Positions 38,454-48,087 are shown, counted from the stretch's first letter. The stretch: DNA of 64,000 nt from Candidatus Rariloculaceae bacterium (GCA_045561055.1 JBJKYL010000010.1:198681-262680), one strand, 5' to 3'. The notes: generated from the sequence alone by a model not told the origin. Made by a program: numbers and translations.

Positions 38454-39518
38454 TCAGTTCGTTAGCGTGTTTCCGGTTGACGCCCACTCTTCAAGTTCGC
38501 ACTCATATGGATGAATTTCTTCGCCAGGCTTCCAGATGAAGTGCCCCTCAAATACAAAAGGTTCGGCTAAGGTAGCTGGTTCATCGACGGTCATAATCCA
38601 CTCTAGCCGATTGCCATTTTCTTGGACCGTGAATCTCTCGTTGACCCTAACATTCGGTGTCTGCGGTGCACCGGAGCGATTGAAGTAATGCCAGCTGATC
38701 CGCGATGTATCGACGACGAGAGTTTCGCCTTCCCAGCGGCCTACCGAATACCCTAATTTAGAAGGCGGTATGGTTTCAGGGTCTGCGACATTATCGCCCA
38801 TATGAATGACTCGCAGCGAATCGAACTCCTCAAAGCGCAGTTCGATGTTATCTCCGACCTGGGCGAACTCCATGGGGTAAGGGTTGCCCATAAGCGACGG
38901 CATACCCGGCCCTATGCATTCCATAATAGGATTGTCGGCAATGTCATCCCATTCGGCGACCGCAGTGGCCGCAGCTTCATTCAGTTGATAGTTTGAACGC
39001 CCCGTGAAGAACCAAGCCATACCAGGTCCCTGGCTCCAGGCACGAAAGATACCGTTACCTGTCGCTGCAGTAACTAGTTCTGGGTCGAAGACGTTTCTAT
39101 CACTTCCCAGCGTTTCGGTTGCCCAGCGCGGTTCCCGTGCGCCACCGACGAGCAATTCAACACCATCGGGAAGTAATACATGGTTACCTTGAATGTAGTT
39201 ATCCCTGCGCGTCGATGGCCAGCCCGCTATGAGGACTTCATCACCGACGGAAATTTCATCACCGGTCAAGCCCTTGCGTCGTTGCGAGCTTACGGCGCCT
39301 GCTTCTAGATACCAAACTTGCTCCGCACCATTTTCGTCGGTATTGATTAGCTCAAGCAGGACGTGAGGGTTCTTCCACGAAACCTGCGAGACTACGCCTT
39401 CGACCTCCTCAATCACACTGCGATCGAATTCGGACATCGAATGATGAGCTGTGACAGAGAGCGGTAAGGTAATTAGTAAGCTCACAATTAGTGGGTAGGA
39501 CTTAACTTTGGAATCCAT
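38454..39518 (-). CDS. exported His-His-N-terminus protein, paralog P2
   Basis: The ORF is 354 aa. The signal peptide ends in SVTA, followed by HHSMSEFDR...VEGVVSQVSWKNPHVLLEL. It also has MECIGPGMPSLMGNPYPMEF and GYSVGRWEGETLVVDTSRISW. Confidence 0.72.
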   Translation of the reverse strand: MDSKVKSYPLIVSLLITLPLSVTAHHSMSEFDRSVIEEVEGVVSQVSWKNPHVLLELINTDENGAEQVWYLEAGAVSSQRRKGLTGDEISVGDEVLIAGWPSTRRDNYIQGNHVLLPDGVELLVGGAREPRWATETLGSDRNVFDPELVTAATGNGIFRAWSQGPGMAWFFTGRSNYQLNEAAATAVAEWDDIADNPIMECIGPGMPSLMGNPYPMEFAQVGDNIELRFEEFDSLRVIHMGDNVADPETIPPSKLGYSVGRWEGETLVVDTSRISWHYFNRSGAPQTPNVRVNERFTVQENGNRLEWIMTVDEPATLAEPFVFEGHFIWKPGEEIHPYECELEEWASTGNTLTN

Positions 39519-39548
39519 AGGCTGTTCCCCTCGGTTATCTAGCCTCGT

Positions 39549-40628
39549 TCAGTTTACCAGCGGCGTACTCTCAAGAGTTTGCCATTCCTCGAGATCACAT
39601 TCGTATGGATTGACCGTATCTCCAGGCTTCCACTCGTATCCTAGAGTAAATACAAACGGTTCGACCAAAGTAGCCGGGTCATCGACAGTCATGATTGTCT
39701 CCAACCGATTGCCGTCTTCTTGGACCGTGAATCTCTCGTTGACCTTAACATTTGGTGTCTGCGGCGCACCGGAGCGGTCGAAGTAATGCCAACTGATCCG
39801 CGAAGTATCAACGACGAGAGTTTCGCCTTCCCAGCGGCCTACCGAATACCCCAATTTAGAAAGCGGTATGGTTTCAGGGTCTGCGACATTATCGCCCATA
39901 TGAATGACTCGCAGCGAATCGAACTCCTCAAAGCGCAGTTCGATGTTGTCTCCGGCCTGCGTGATCCTCATGGGGTAAGGGTTGCCCATGAGTGAAGGCA
40001 TCCCCGGCCCTATGCATCGCATAACTGGATTGTCGGCAATGTCATCCCATGCGGCTGCGGCTGCGGCTGCGGCCTCTGTCAGTCGATAAGTTGCCTGGGG
40101 GCGATTTGCGAAGTACCACGCATTACTGCCGTTTCGACCCCCCTGGCTCCAGGTACGAAAGATACCGTTACCTGTCGTCGTAGTAGCTAGCTCCGGGTCG
40201 AAGACGTTTCTATCACTTCCCAGCGTTTCGGTTGCCCAGCGCGATTCACGAGCGGCAGAGATCAGTATCTCGACGTTGTCCTGTAAGAGCAATAGGTGCA
40301 TGCCCTTCATGAAATTATCCCTACGGTACGATGGAAAGCCGGCTATGCGGACTGCATCACCGACGGAAATTTCATCACCGGTCAAGCCTTTACGTCTTTG
40401 CCCGCTTACGGCACCAGCTTCAAGTATCCAAGTTTCTTCCTCACCATGTGCGCTGGTATTGGTCACTTCTAGCATGATGTGTGGATTTCGCCACGACAAT
40501 TTTGAGACTACACCCTCAATTTCTATCATTTCGCCTCTGGGCTCGAATTCGGACATCGAGTGATGGGCTATCGCCGAGAGAGGTGAGGCAATTAACAAAC
40601 ATGTCATTAAAGAGGCTAATTTACCCAT
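39549..40628 (-). CDS. exported His-His-N-terminus protein, paralog P3
   Basis: The ORF is 359 aa. The signal peptide ends in SAIA, followed by HHSMSEFEP...IEGVVSKLSWRNPHIMLEV. The remainder is closely similar to P2. Confidence 0.72.
   Translation of the reverse strand: MGKLASLMTCLLIASPLSAIAHHSMSEFEPRGEMIEIEGVVSKLSWRNPHIMLEVTNTSAHGEEETWILEAGAVSGQRRKGLTGDEISVGDAVRIAGFPSYRRDNFMKGMHLLLLQDNVEILISAARESRWATETLGSDRNVFDPELATTTTGNGIFRTWSQGGRNGSNAWYFANRPQATYRLTEAAAAAAAAWDDIADNPVMRCIGPGMPSLMGNPYPMRITQAGDNIELRFEEFDSLRVIHMGDNVADPETIPLSKLGYSVGRWEGETLVVDTSRISWHYFDRSGAPQTPNVKVNERFTVQEDGNRLETIMTVDDPATLVEPFVFTLGYEWKPGDTVNPYECDLEEWQTLESTPLVN
40051..40073 (-). repeat. hexanucleotide microsatellite (GCGGCT)~4 encoding poly-Ala in P3
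   Basis: This is a direct read of the sequence. P3 has AAAAAAAAW where P2 has AATAVAEW. Confidence 0.9.
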
Positions 40629-40726
40629 AGCTTATTATCCTGTGACGAGCTACTAACAAAGGTGACTTTACTTTATAAACTTAACAAATCTCAACTCAAA
40701 TTTGTTAGCTTCACGCCTTAGTAATG

Positions 40727-40987
40727 TCATTCCTCATAATAATTATCCGCTTCATCCGGGATTGTCGGTGCCGGACGTACCGCTGTCGGAGTAGGTGGCT
40801 GATCCAGCGTTGGCCCGAACGAATCGGGAGCCACCTCAGCTCCCGCGAACGGGGGTCGTGGCGCATTCAGCACGAATTTAGAAATGAAACCGAATAGGAT
40901 CATCATGATCAACAGTCCGACAGTCATATAACCTATCGTAATCCATACGGTGTGTCTATATCTTTTAGTTTTTAGGAATGAGGACAT
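40727..40987 (-). CDS. small single-pass membrane protein with Pro-rich acidic tail
   Basis: The ORF is 86 aa from ATG 40987, which is preceded by AGGAAG at a 5-nt spacing. It has the TM segment VWITIGYMTVGLLIMMILFGFI followed by PRPPF...PPTPTAVRPAPTIPDE. The tracked ORF start at 41101 would overlap P4. Confidence 0.5.
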   Translation of the reverse strand: MSSFLKTKRYRHTVWITIGYMTVGLLIMMILFGFISKFVLNAPRPPFAGAEVAPDSFGPTLDQPPTPTAVRPAPTIPDEADNYYEE

Positions 40988-41063
40988 ATTTCTTCCTAAA
41001 AGGGGTCGCTGAGCCTGGGACGCCATCTTAATGCGCGCTTGATACGGAGCTAGCTTCGCTATA

Positions 41064-42095
41064 TTACCTGTTCGATATCTCTGGTATGCAGTGGTATTCA
41101 CCGACTGGATATAGCGATTTGGTGTAATGGTTACTACCGGTAAACGGTACCTTAAAAAAATTGTTGTCCTCAGCCACCCATTCCATATCTATTGATGGAT
41201 CGTCGGGATTAACTGTAATTTTCTCAATCATATGCAGTGCGTTGCTATGTAAGACGCCGGGATGAGGAGTTAATACACCTGGTGCGAAGCCGATCGTATC
41301 GATCACGAGGGTCGAACCTTCGTACCAGCCGATGGAGTGACCGTATAGACGCGGGGTTAGATTGTCGGCGTGTTCTCGTGCCATACGAATTGTTCTCACC
41401 GTATCCATATATTCATGCCGGAGGATGACACGGTCTTCGGTTTGCTCGATGTCCGTTACGGTTCCTGGCTCGGACCAGGCACGTGAGATGCTTGATGCGC
41501 TGCACTCGAATGATGGATCGTCGAAGCGCTCATCGTAGCCTTCATTAGCAGCCAGCCCAGCCGGCGTCAAACGGTCTACGCCTGGTAGCGCGGAACCCGG
41601 ACCTAGCCCACCCCGCTGGCGGCGGCTCAGGTCACGTATCCACGGGCCAGAAAGATTGGGGATTCCCTCCCCGAGGAAAGCGAGGCGTTCCCCTTCTTCG
41701 ATTATTTCCGGTACGACGATCTCACCGCCTCTACCGATAGAGGTACCGTCGGCCATGACAGCCCCAGTGAATGAACAGCCGTGGGGATCGCGCCTTGCGG
41801 CAATGCCCGATACGGTGACTTCCTGGCCTGGCACAAACTGGTCCTCGGACCAACCCTGTCGTTTAAGCGTGTTAGCCGTCTGTAACTCGCAGTCCCAGAT
41901 GATTTCTTGTCCGTTTCTGTCTGTGGTAGCAATGTGTAGCCATGCGTGTGGGTTCACAAATTCGAACTCTGTAACGATGCCCTCAATTGTGATTGGTTGA
42001 TCTCGGTCATAGTGAGGCGCATTTGAATGATGAGCGTTAGAGCCCAGTGGGGTACCTATCAGCAAAGTCAGTACAGCGCGGCGGATAATTTTCAT
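41064..42095 (-). CDS. exported His-His-N-terminus protein, paralog P4
   Basis: The ORF is 343 aa from ATG 42095 (MKIIRRAVLTLLIGTPLGSNA|HHSNAPHY). It has IEGIVTEFEFVNPHAWLHI, then WDCELQTANTLKRQGWSEDQF (shared with P1), then GHSIGWYEGSTLVIDTIGFAPG. The tracked ORF start at 42185 overlaps the upstream gene. Confidence 0.7.
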   Translation of the reverse strand: MKIIRRAVLTLLIGTPLGSNAHHSNAPHYDRDQPITIEGIVTEFEFVNPHAWLHIATTDRNGQEIIWDCELQTANTLKRQGWSEDQFVPGQEVTVSGIAARRDPHGCSFTGAVMADGTSIGRGGEIVVPEIIEEGERLAFLGEGIPNLSGPWIRDLSRRQRGGLGPGSALPGVDRLTPAGLAANEGYDERFDDPSFECSASSISRAWSEPGTVTDIEQTEDRVILRHEYMDTVRTIRMAREHADNLTPRLYGHSIGWYEGSTLVIDTIGFAPGVLTPHPGVLHSNALHMIEKITVNPDDPSIDMEWVAEDNNFFKVPFTGSNHYTKSLYPVGEYHCIPEISNR

Positions 42096-42108
42096 AATGT
42101 ACATCAGA

Positions 42109-43032
42109 TTAAACCTCATCAATGAGTACGCGCATTTTTGCGCGCTCAACTGCGTTGGGTAAACGACCGAAAGAAGCTTGTGCATTCTCGGTCATATGAG
42201 CTGGATTACTCGTCTCGGTAAATATGGTTGTAACTGTTGGGTGTGCAAGGATGTACTTCAGCGAGAACTGTGCCCAGCTATTGCAGTCGAACTCGGCGGT
42301 CCACTCGGGTAGAGGACGACCCCCGAGGCGATCGAAGTAAGCACCGTTCATGAACGGCCGGTTAAGAACCACAGCTAGTCCCATGTCAGCAGCCATCGGA
42401 AGTAGTTTTTCTTCGGCAAGTCTTTCCGTGATCGAGTAATTGATCTGTACGAAATCTGGTGTCTCGCGACCTAGGAACTCGATGAGCTGATCATAACGTT
42501 CGTGCTGCGAAACCGTTACGCCAATATAGCGCGCACTTCCCTCCATTTTCCAATCTTTGAGGTTGGGCCACTGTGTGTCGAGATCGGTAAGGCTGAATAT
42601 CTGGACAAGATCGATCGTTTCGCGTTGATAAAGTTCCTGCGTCTGTCGAAATTGTGCGATACCGGCTTCTTTGCCAACCTTGTCGATTTTGGTAGTTACG
42701 AAGAGGCTATCACGAAGGTCGGGCAGGTTGATGACTTCGCCGAAGCCACTGTCGTTTACAGGGTTACGCGGCCATGAATCGACGACGCCACCGCCACTAG
42801 CTACCAGCGCTCTTAACACTGCCGCAACTGGCCCCGTGCCGTTGTCTGAAATTTGTGAGACTACCTTGCTCGAGCCTAATCCGATGACTGGGAGCATTTC
42901 GCCTGTGCTTGGAATAGCGCGCATCGGCATTTGTTGTTGTGCGAATGAATGCACTGGCCTGAGGCTAGCAACTCCCGCGACAGAAATCATTTCCAAGACA
43001 TCGCGTCGTGTGGCCATGAATTTTTCGTTCAT
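42109..43032 (-). CDS. aldo/keto reductase with twin-arginine (Tat) signal peptide
   Basis: The ORF is 307 aa from ATG 43032, preceded by GAGGGGAG. The N-terminus MNEKFMATRRDVLEMISVAGVASLRPVHSFA|QQ has a T-R-R-x-V-L Tat motif. The AKR body has DSWP..., FVTTK and INYSITER blocks. Confidence 0.82.
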   Translation of the reverse strand: MNEKFMATRRDVLEMISVAGVASLRPVHSFAQQQMPMRAIPSTGEMLPVIGLGSSKVVSQISDNGTGPVAAVLRALVASGGGVVDSWPRNPVNDSGFGEVINLPDLRDSLFVTTKIDKVGKEAGIAQFRQTQELYQRETIDLVQIFSLTDLDTQWPNLKDWKMEGSARYIGVTVSQHERYDQLIEFLGRETPDFVQINYSITERLAEEKLLPMAADMGLAVVLNRPFMNGAYFDRLGGRPLPEWTAEFDCNSWAQFSLKYILAHPTVTTIFTETSNPAHMTENAQASFGRLPNAVERAKMRVLIDEV

Positions 43033-43340
43033 AGGTCTCCCCTCTTTCGAGATTTGCTTATGATGCGAGTTTAACATTTGGTGGTATCTAAAATGGATTG
43101 CGTCCATCCAAAAAGTTAATGGAGCGGGGCATCTGATTCGATGTGGTAGCAGTGAACCTTCTAGGTATCGCCGTCAGTGGAAAGTGGCGGTGCTTGTTTA
43201 TACCAGGCCACTACTGTAGCAGTAATGGTGTTAGGCGCGATAACTAGGAAAAATGCGTTCAGCGTTACCCGTGTGATCCATCGCGCAGAGGATGTCGGCC
43301 GAACGGTCCAATATTGATTGATTTTTTAATAAAGTCGAGG

Positions 43341-44378
43341 CTATTCGACCGGCTCTTCCTCGATATCTTGTAGTAAGTCTTCCATTTCACGGGTCAATTG
43401 TTCGAATTTGAAGGCAGGAATCTGATAGCGCCAGCCTCCCACCCTTGCATTTATTTCAATGACTTCAGTTTCCGCTACACTTCGTGCCTCTTCAGATACA
43501 TCCGATAGCGTGGGGTCGACCATTGCTATAAAACTAGTCCACGCCGTGTCGCCGCGTTCGAAAGAATGTGCGGTGATTGTAATACCGTCAAATGTTTTAA
43601 ACTCAGTGACAATCTTTTCCTCGGTCGTTGCCGTGTCCTGCTCGACATCATCTAGTGTTAAATCCTCCAGAACGTTGCCTATGACGTTGGGGATGCTGTC
43701 GTAACTTAGAGCGCGGCCTTGAGGAATATTGTCGACAGTAAAATTTGCCTGTTCGCGTGCGGCTTTCGAAATAATGACTTCTCCTCCGTCCGGGCGGGTG
43801 ACGGTGACGTACTGGACACGATTTCCTTCAACGTCGATAACTGGGGTATCAAGCCAGTCGGTAGCAGACGTGCCGATATCCGGATCTCTATTGATTAGAT
43901 AAGACTGATCTTCGCCTTGTCGGCGCACATAGCGCTGAGAATTACCTTCCGCGTCACCAACAATTACCTCTACCGATTCGGCGGGACCAATAAGTCGAAT
44001 CCCGACGCCACTCGCGGTCTCGGATGCGAGTGCCTCGACACCCAGGCGATTATGTAGCATGGGATCTGCTGTCTTGAATTCCAGGATCTGAGTTTCCGCA
44101 AGACTCAGTAACAGGTTTCGAGTTTTCGTGAGGTCGGCTCTATAGCTACTCTTCTCTAGCACTGCCCAATTAGACTCGCCGCGCTCCAGCGTTGCGATTA
44201 CCTCCTCACCGCTTCCAGTAAATTCTATGCGGCGCACGTCATCGAGCGAGGCTGATAATGCCGGCAAGAATAGTTGACCGCTGGTTGTCTGCGGTTGCTG
44301 GTCACGTTGACCAACAGTAGCCAATATAGCGAGTACAACTAGCGTTCCCGAAAGCCATAACACTGTCCGATTGTTCAT
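43341..44378 (-). CDS. DUF4340-like protein (accessory component of GldG-type ABC system)
   Basis: The ORF is 345 aa with an N-terminal TM segment. It is the last gene of the ABC/GldG operon and overlaps the gldG-like stop. Confidence 0.55.
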   Translation of the reverse strand: MNNRTVLWLSGTLVVLAILATVGQRDQQPQTTSGQLFLPALSASLDDVRRIEFTGSGEEVIATLERGESNWAVLEKSSYRADLTKTRNLLLSLAETQILEFKTADPMLHNRLGVEALASETASGVGIRLIGPAESVEVIVGDAEGNSQRYVRRQGEDQSYLINRDPDIGTSATDWLDTPVIDVEGNRVQYVTVTRPDGGEVIISKAAREQANFTVDNIPQGRALSYDSIPNVIGNVLEDLTLDDVEQDTATTEEKIVTEFKTFDGITITAHSFERGDTAWTSFIAMVDPTLSDVSEEARSVAETEVIEINARVGGWRYQIPAFKFEQLTREMEDLLQDIEEEPVE

Positions 44379-46273
44379 GCTATTGCCTTCCTCTGTCTGC
44401 GGCGGAGAGCGACGAAAGTTAACGCGCCGATAGTCAGCAATAATGGAACGAGCCCGATGTTAATAACTTTGAGTAGTGTCCCGAGTCTCTCAATACTAAG
44501 ATCTAGATTTCTCTGAACAGCTCTGAGTTGCTGACGGATACTTATCTGCTGATCCAGAAAGCGCTGGATCTCTGCTTGCTGCTCGTCATTCATGAGTAGC
44601 GATCCACCGTCGCTACGAGCCGTTTGAAGTTCGCCGAGCCGTTGTTCCGTATCCGCAAGTTCTGCCTGAAGTTGTTGCTCAGTTGCCCGGAACTCTGCTT
44701 CGGCGATTCGCCGCAAATCCTCGACGCGCGTGAACGGTCTCGCGAAACTTTCACGAGCGCGAATACCGATTAGTGCAGCGCTTCCCGATAGATTGTCCAG
44801 CGCATTTATGACGAAGTCACCGTTGTTGGCGAATGCCGTGACCAGTTGCTGGCCGAAGAAGTTTTGGCTCTGTGCCCACAGCCGATCACTCAGCATGTCA
44901 ACGTCACCGACTAGAATCACGTTGGCTGCGTCGGTCGAGTTCAGATGGTTAGGGGGGTTGATTGGAGTGGGGGTAGAGGTGTCGTTGGTTGGCGCATCAG
45001 CAGAGGGTGGACCATCAGAGAATGCGGTTGTCAGACTACCCTCGAGCCGTGCAGCGAGCACATAAGTCTCGCCACTAGGGACAAACCCGTCCATAAGTGC
45101 TGCCGGATCGGATAGGAACTGAAACTGAATTGTCGGCATCATGCCGGCAGAGGTGCTCGATACGAGTAGCGGTTCCATCACGGTATTGCTACCTTCAACT
45201 ACTCTGAAATGCCCGGCCGTGCCGATGTTTATCGAATCCAGGCCGGAGGTAACGATATCCTCCCCGTTCATCGCTAACCCGTCCAGACCCAGCAGTCCGA
45301 TGTGGCGTACCGGACGGCCGGACGGCCCTCCCCCAACACTTAGCGCGTAACGATCGTCCGCGACGACGTTTTCCGTCTCGTATTCGATTCCCCATGCACT
45401 GAACAGAGGGCCAAGCGAAGAGGAGCTACCTGCCGCCATTGTTGCGGGGTCGCTTGAAGACATATCAATTTCGGCAAACGGATCAACAAAGATAAGCGCC
45501 CGACCGCCTCCAAGTATAAATTGGTCAATAGCGTATAGGGCTGCTTGGCCAAGTGCTTGCGGGTGCACAACCCATAATACGCCGATGTCGTCGGCGATCT
45601 CGGTAAGATCTGGTGTTAACTCTCGGATGTCGAAAACCTGGCGCGCCTGACTAGTAATCACCCACGGGTCCGTCATCTGCTGAGTCTGCGGATTGAAACC
45701 GGCATTCATCGAGACCCCCGATAGCAGTCCTACAACCGTCTTGTTAGGGTTGGAGAGGTTGTATATAAGCTTAGCAAGATCGTACTCGAGAAAAGTTTCC
45801 TTCTCCGGCTGCAGAAAACCGATCGTGTCCTCATCGCCGACGCTATTAGTACCGGCGATTCCAAAATAGACTGATTGACCCAGCGAACCCAGACTGATGG
45901 CTTGGAGCCCAAACTGCGAGGCGCGATCTTCGTCTTCGGAGAATGGCGCGGGATCTATTACGTTGACGACAAGCTGATCCCCGGCGACGCGTGCGAATTC
46001 CTCTAGAGTCTCACGAACCCGTGTCGCGTAGCCGCGCAGAAACGGAATATCAGCCGTTTCTTCGTCGGAGAAGAAAAAATAGATATTAATTGGTTCGTTA
46101 ATACTTTCGAGCAAATCGCGGGTGCCCGGCGAAATTGTGTAGAGATTGTTCTCGGTGAGATCGATGCGTAGGCCTCTGAGTAATGTGTTACTGGCGATCA
46201 GTGCCGTAATAAATATCAGTGCTAGGAGCCCTAGTGACATCAGTCCAACTCTTCTGTGTTGTTGTGTGGTCAT
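44375..46273 (-). CDS. GldG-like ABC transporter auxiliary protein (ABC_transp_aux family)
   Basis: The ORF is 632 aa with N- and C-terminal TM anchors, a large extracytoplasmic domain and a C-terminal coiled coil (EQQLQAELADTEQRLGELQ). It lies adjacent to the ABC-2 gene. Confidence 0.72.
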   Translation of the reverse strand: MTTQQHRRVGLMSLGLLALIFITALIASNTLLRGLRIDLTENNLYTISPGTRDLLESINEPINIYFFFSDEETADIPFLRGYATRVRETLEEFARVAGDQLVVNVIDPAPFSEDEDRASQFGLQAISLGSLGQSVYFGIAGTNSVGDEDTIGFLQPEKETFLEYDLAKLIYNLSNPNKTVVGLLSGVSMNAGFNPQTQQMTDPWVITSQARQVFDIRELTPDLTEIADDIGVLWVVHPQALGQAALYAIDQFILGGGRALIFVDPFAEIDMSSSDPATMAAGSSSSLGPLFSAWGIEYETENVVADDRYALSVGGGPSGRPVRHIGLLGLDGLAMNGEDIVTSGLDSINIGTAGHFRVVEGSNTVMEPLLVSSTSAGMMPTIQFQFLSDPAALMDGFVPSGETYVLAARLEGSLTTAFSDGPPSADAPTNDTSTPTPINPPNHLNSTDAANVILVGDVDMLSDRLWAQSQNFFGQQLVTAFANNGDFVINALDNLSGSAALIGIRARESFARPFTRVEDLRRIAEAEFRATEQQLQAELADTEQRLGELQTARSDGGSLLMNDEQQAEIQRFLDQQISIRQQLRAVQRNLDLSIERLGTLLKVINIGLVPLLLTIGALTFVALRRRQRKAIA

Positions 46274-46280
46274 TAGATTC

Positions 46281-47948
46281 TCAATCAGATTTTTTTATTT
46301 GAAGAACAATTGCATTCGCATAAAGCATAACGCTGATCAGCAGAGCGAAGTAGACGAGATCACGCAGGTCGATGACGCCTTTGCTGATGCTCGTGAAATG
46401 AGTCAGGAAGCTTAGGCTTGCGATCGCATCAATTAACATTTGAGGGGCCCACGCGGAAAACATATCGAGGACCAACGGAAAGCCTGCAAGTAGCAGCAAG
46501 AAACAGGCAACGACCGCCAGAATAAATGCAATAACCTGATTCTTTGTTGTTGCGGAGATGCAAGAGCCTACCGCCAGGAAACCACCCGCCATTAAGAGAC
46601 TGCCGATATAAGCTGCGACGACTGCGCCATTGTCAGGATCGCCCAGATAATTGACCGTGATCCAAATTGGAAAAGTAAGAACGAGTGCGAGCCCCGTGAA
46701 CGCCCAAGCAGCGAGGAACTTCCCCACTACGGCCTGCCATAAATCAACGGGGAGTGTCATAAGTAATTCGATGCTGCCCGATTTTCGCTCCTCGGCCCAC
46801 AGCCGCATGCTAAGTGCTGGTATAAGAAATAGATAAAGCCACGGGTGGAAATTAAAAAAGGCTGCCAGGTCTGCCTGGCTGCGCTCGTAGAAACCACCGA
46901 GATAGAAAGTAAAAGTACTCGTCAGCACGAGAAAAATTACTATGAAAACGTAGGCAACGGGTGTTAAGAAATAACTCCGAAGTTCACGGCGCATAATAGC
47001 GAGCATTCCGTTCATAGCGTCGGCCCCTCCTGTGATTGTGCGAAAGACTTCATCTAAGCGACCGGATTCGAGGTGCAGTTCTGCCAGTTTCCAACCCTCC
47101 GCATTCGCAAGTTCGGTTATGGCACCAAGCGGAAGTTTTCCCTTCGCCGGGAAGGCTGTTATGCGATCTGAATGCTCGTCTATCTCGATATCGCTAACCT
47201 CTGCGAGGCTTTCAATGCCGATTCGCACTGCCTCCAGCCCCGCTCGATCGGCGAGTCTTACCGATACTGCATTATTAAAGCGTGAACGCGCCTCCAGTCG
47301 CTCTGGGGTATCGTCAGCGAGGATTTTGCCATGCGCGATGATGATTGCACGGTTACACAGCGCATCTACTTCCTCGAGTAGATGCGTAGAGATAACGATA
47401 ATCTTACTCTCCGACATCCTATGGATTAGCTCCCGCACTTCATGTTTCTGATTTGGATCGAGGCCGTCTGTCGGCTCATCGAGTATCAAAACTTCCGGGT
47501 CGTGAAGAATCGCTTGTGCGAGACCGACACGACGCTTATACCCCTTAGAAAGAGTATCAATAGTTTGTTCAAGTACGGGCTCCAAATGCAGTAGTGCGTA
47601 GACTTCCGCAAGCCGATTTACTCTGTGTGATCCTTCCATGCCCCTAACATCTGCGACGAACTCAAGGAACGAGCGCGGTGACATTTCCGGATAACTCGGT
47701 GCACCTTCGGGCAGGTAGCCCACGCGCCTCTTCGCAGCCGTACTATGCGCTTCGACGTCAAACCCACAAACGGACGCTGTCCCCGAGGTCGGCTGTAGAA
47801 ACCCAGCGATGATTCTCATTGTGGTGGTTTTCCCGGCCCCGTTCGGCCCTAGGAATCCCAAGACCTCCCCTGGGCTTACCTCAAAACTAATGTTGTCAAC
47901 GGCAAACAGTGAGCCGTATTGTTTGATAAGGTTTTGACATTTAATCAT
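46281..47948 (-). CDS. fused ABC ATPase + ABC-2 (GldF-like) permease
   Basis: The ORF is 555 aa. The N-terminal half has Walker A GPNGAGKTT, the signature LSKGYKRR and Walker B LILDEPT. The C-terminal about 240 aa begin MLAIMRRELRSYFLTPVAYVF and have six TM segments. Confidence 0.85.
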   Translation of the reverse strand: MIKCQNLIKQYGSLFAVDNISFEVSPGEVLGFLGPNGAGKTTTMRIIAGFLQPTSGTASVCGFDVEAHSTAAKRRVGYLPEGAPSYPEMSPRSFLEFVADVRGMEGSHRVNRLAEVYALLHLEPVLEQTIDTLSKGYKRRVGLAQAILHDPEVLILDEPTDGLDPNQKHEVRELIHRMSESKIIVISTHLLEEVDALCNRAIIIAHGKILADDTPERLEARSRFNNAVSVRLADRAGLEAVRIGIESLAEVSDIEIDEHSDRITAFPAKGKLPLGAITELANAEGWKLAELHLESGRLDEVFRTITGGADAMNGMLAIMRRELRSYFLTPVAYVFIVIFLVLTSTFTFYLGGFYERSQADLAAFFNFHPWLYLFLIPALSMRLWAEERKSGSIELLMTLPVDLWQAVVGKFLAAWAFTGLALVLTFPIWITVNYLGDPDNGAVVAAYIGSLLMAGGFLAVGSCISATTKNQVIAFILAVVACFLLLLAGFPLVLDMFSAWAPQMLIDAIASLSFLTHFTSISKGVIDLRDLVYFALLISVMLYANAIVLQIKKSD

Positions 47949-48087
47949 AGTGACGTTGTCTCTCTGTTCTCGCCTAGCCGCGCATCAAACAGCAGCGGAA
48001 AAATCGGGGAGCAATTTTCCACAAGCTAATAATAGTTTCAAGTTCTTATTAAAATTAATGTGATTATTTGCTGAGTGTTGATTTTAA

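Larger units (their letters stand above)
38454..40628 (-). repeat. tandem gene duplication (P2/P3, period about 1.1 kb) with a near-identical central core
   Basis: Segments about 38620-38980 and about 39718-40050 align with only scattered substitutions. They include a run of about 90 nt that appears identical (TTTCAGGGTCTGCGACATTATCGCCCATATGAATGACTCGCAGCGAATCGAACTCCTCAAAGCGCAGTTCGATGTT). Further identical blocks lie at about 39083-39131 vs 40196-40244. The gene ends are more diverged. Confidence 0.9.

Noticed and set aside
47032-47451. Numerous 60-140-aa ORFs antisense or off-frame within large genes, e.g. 47032..47451, 52308..52841, 23431..23853, 42671..43063, 33387..33740 and 12328..12723
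   Set aside because: All lie inside confidently assigned genes. They have Arg/Ser/Pro-rich compositions characteristic of wrong-frame translation of about 50% GC coding DNA.
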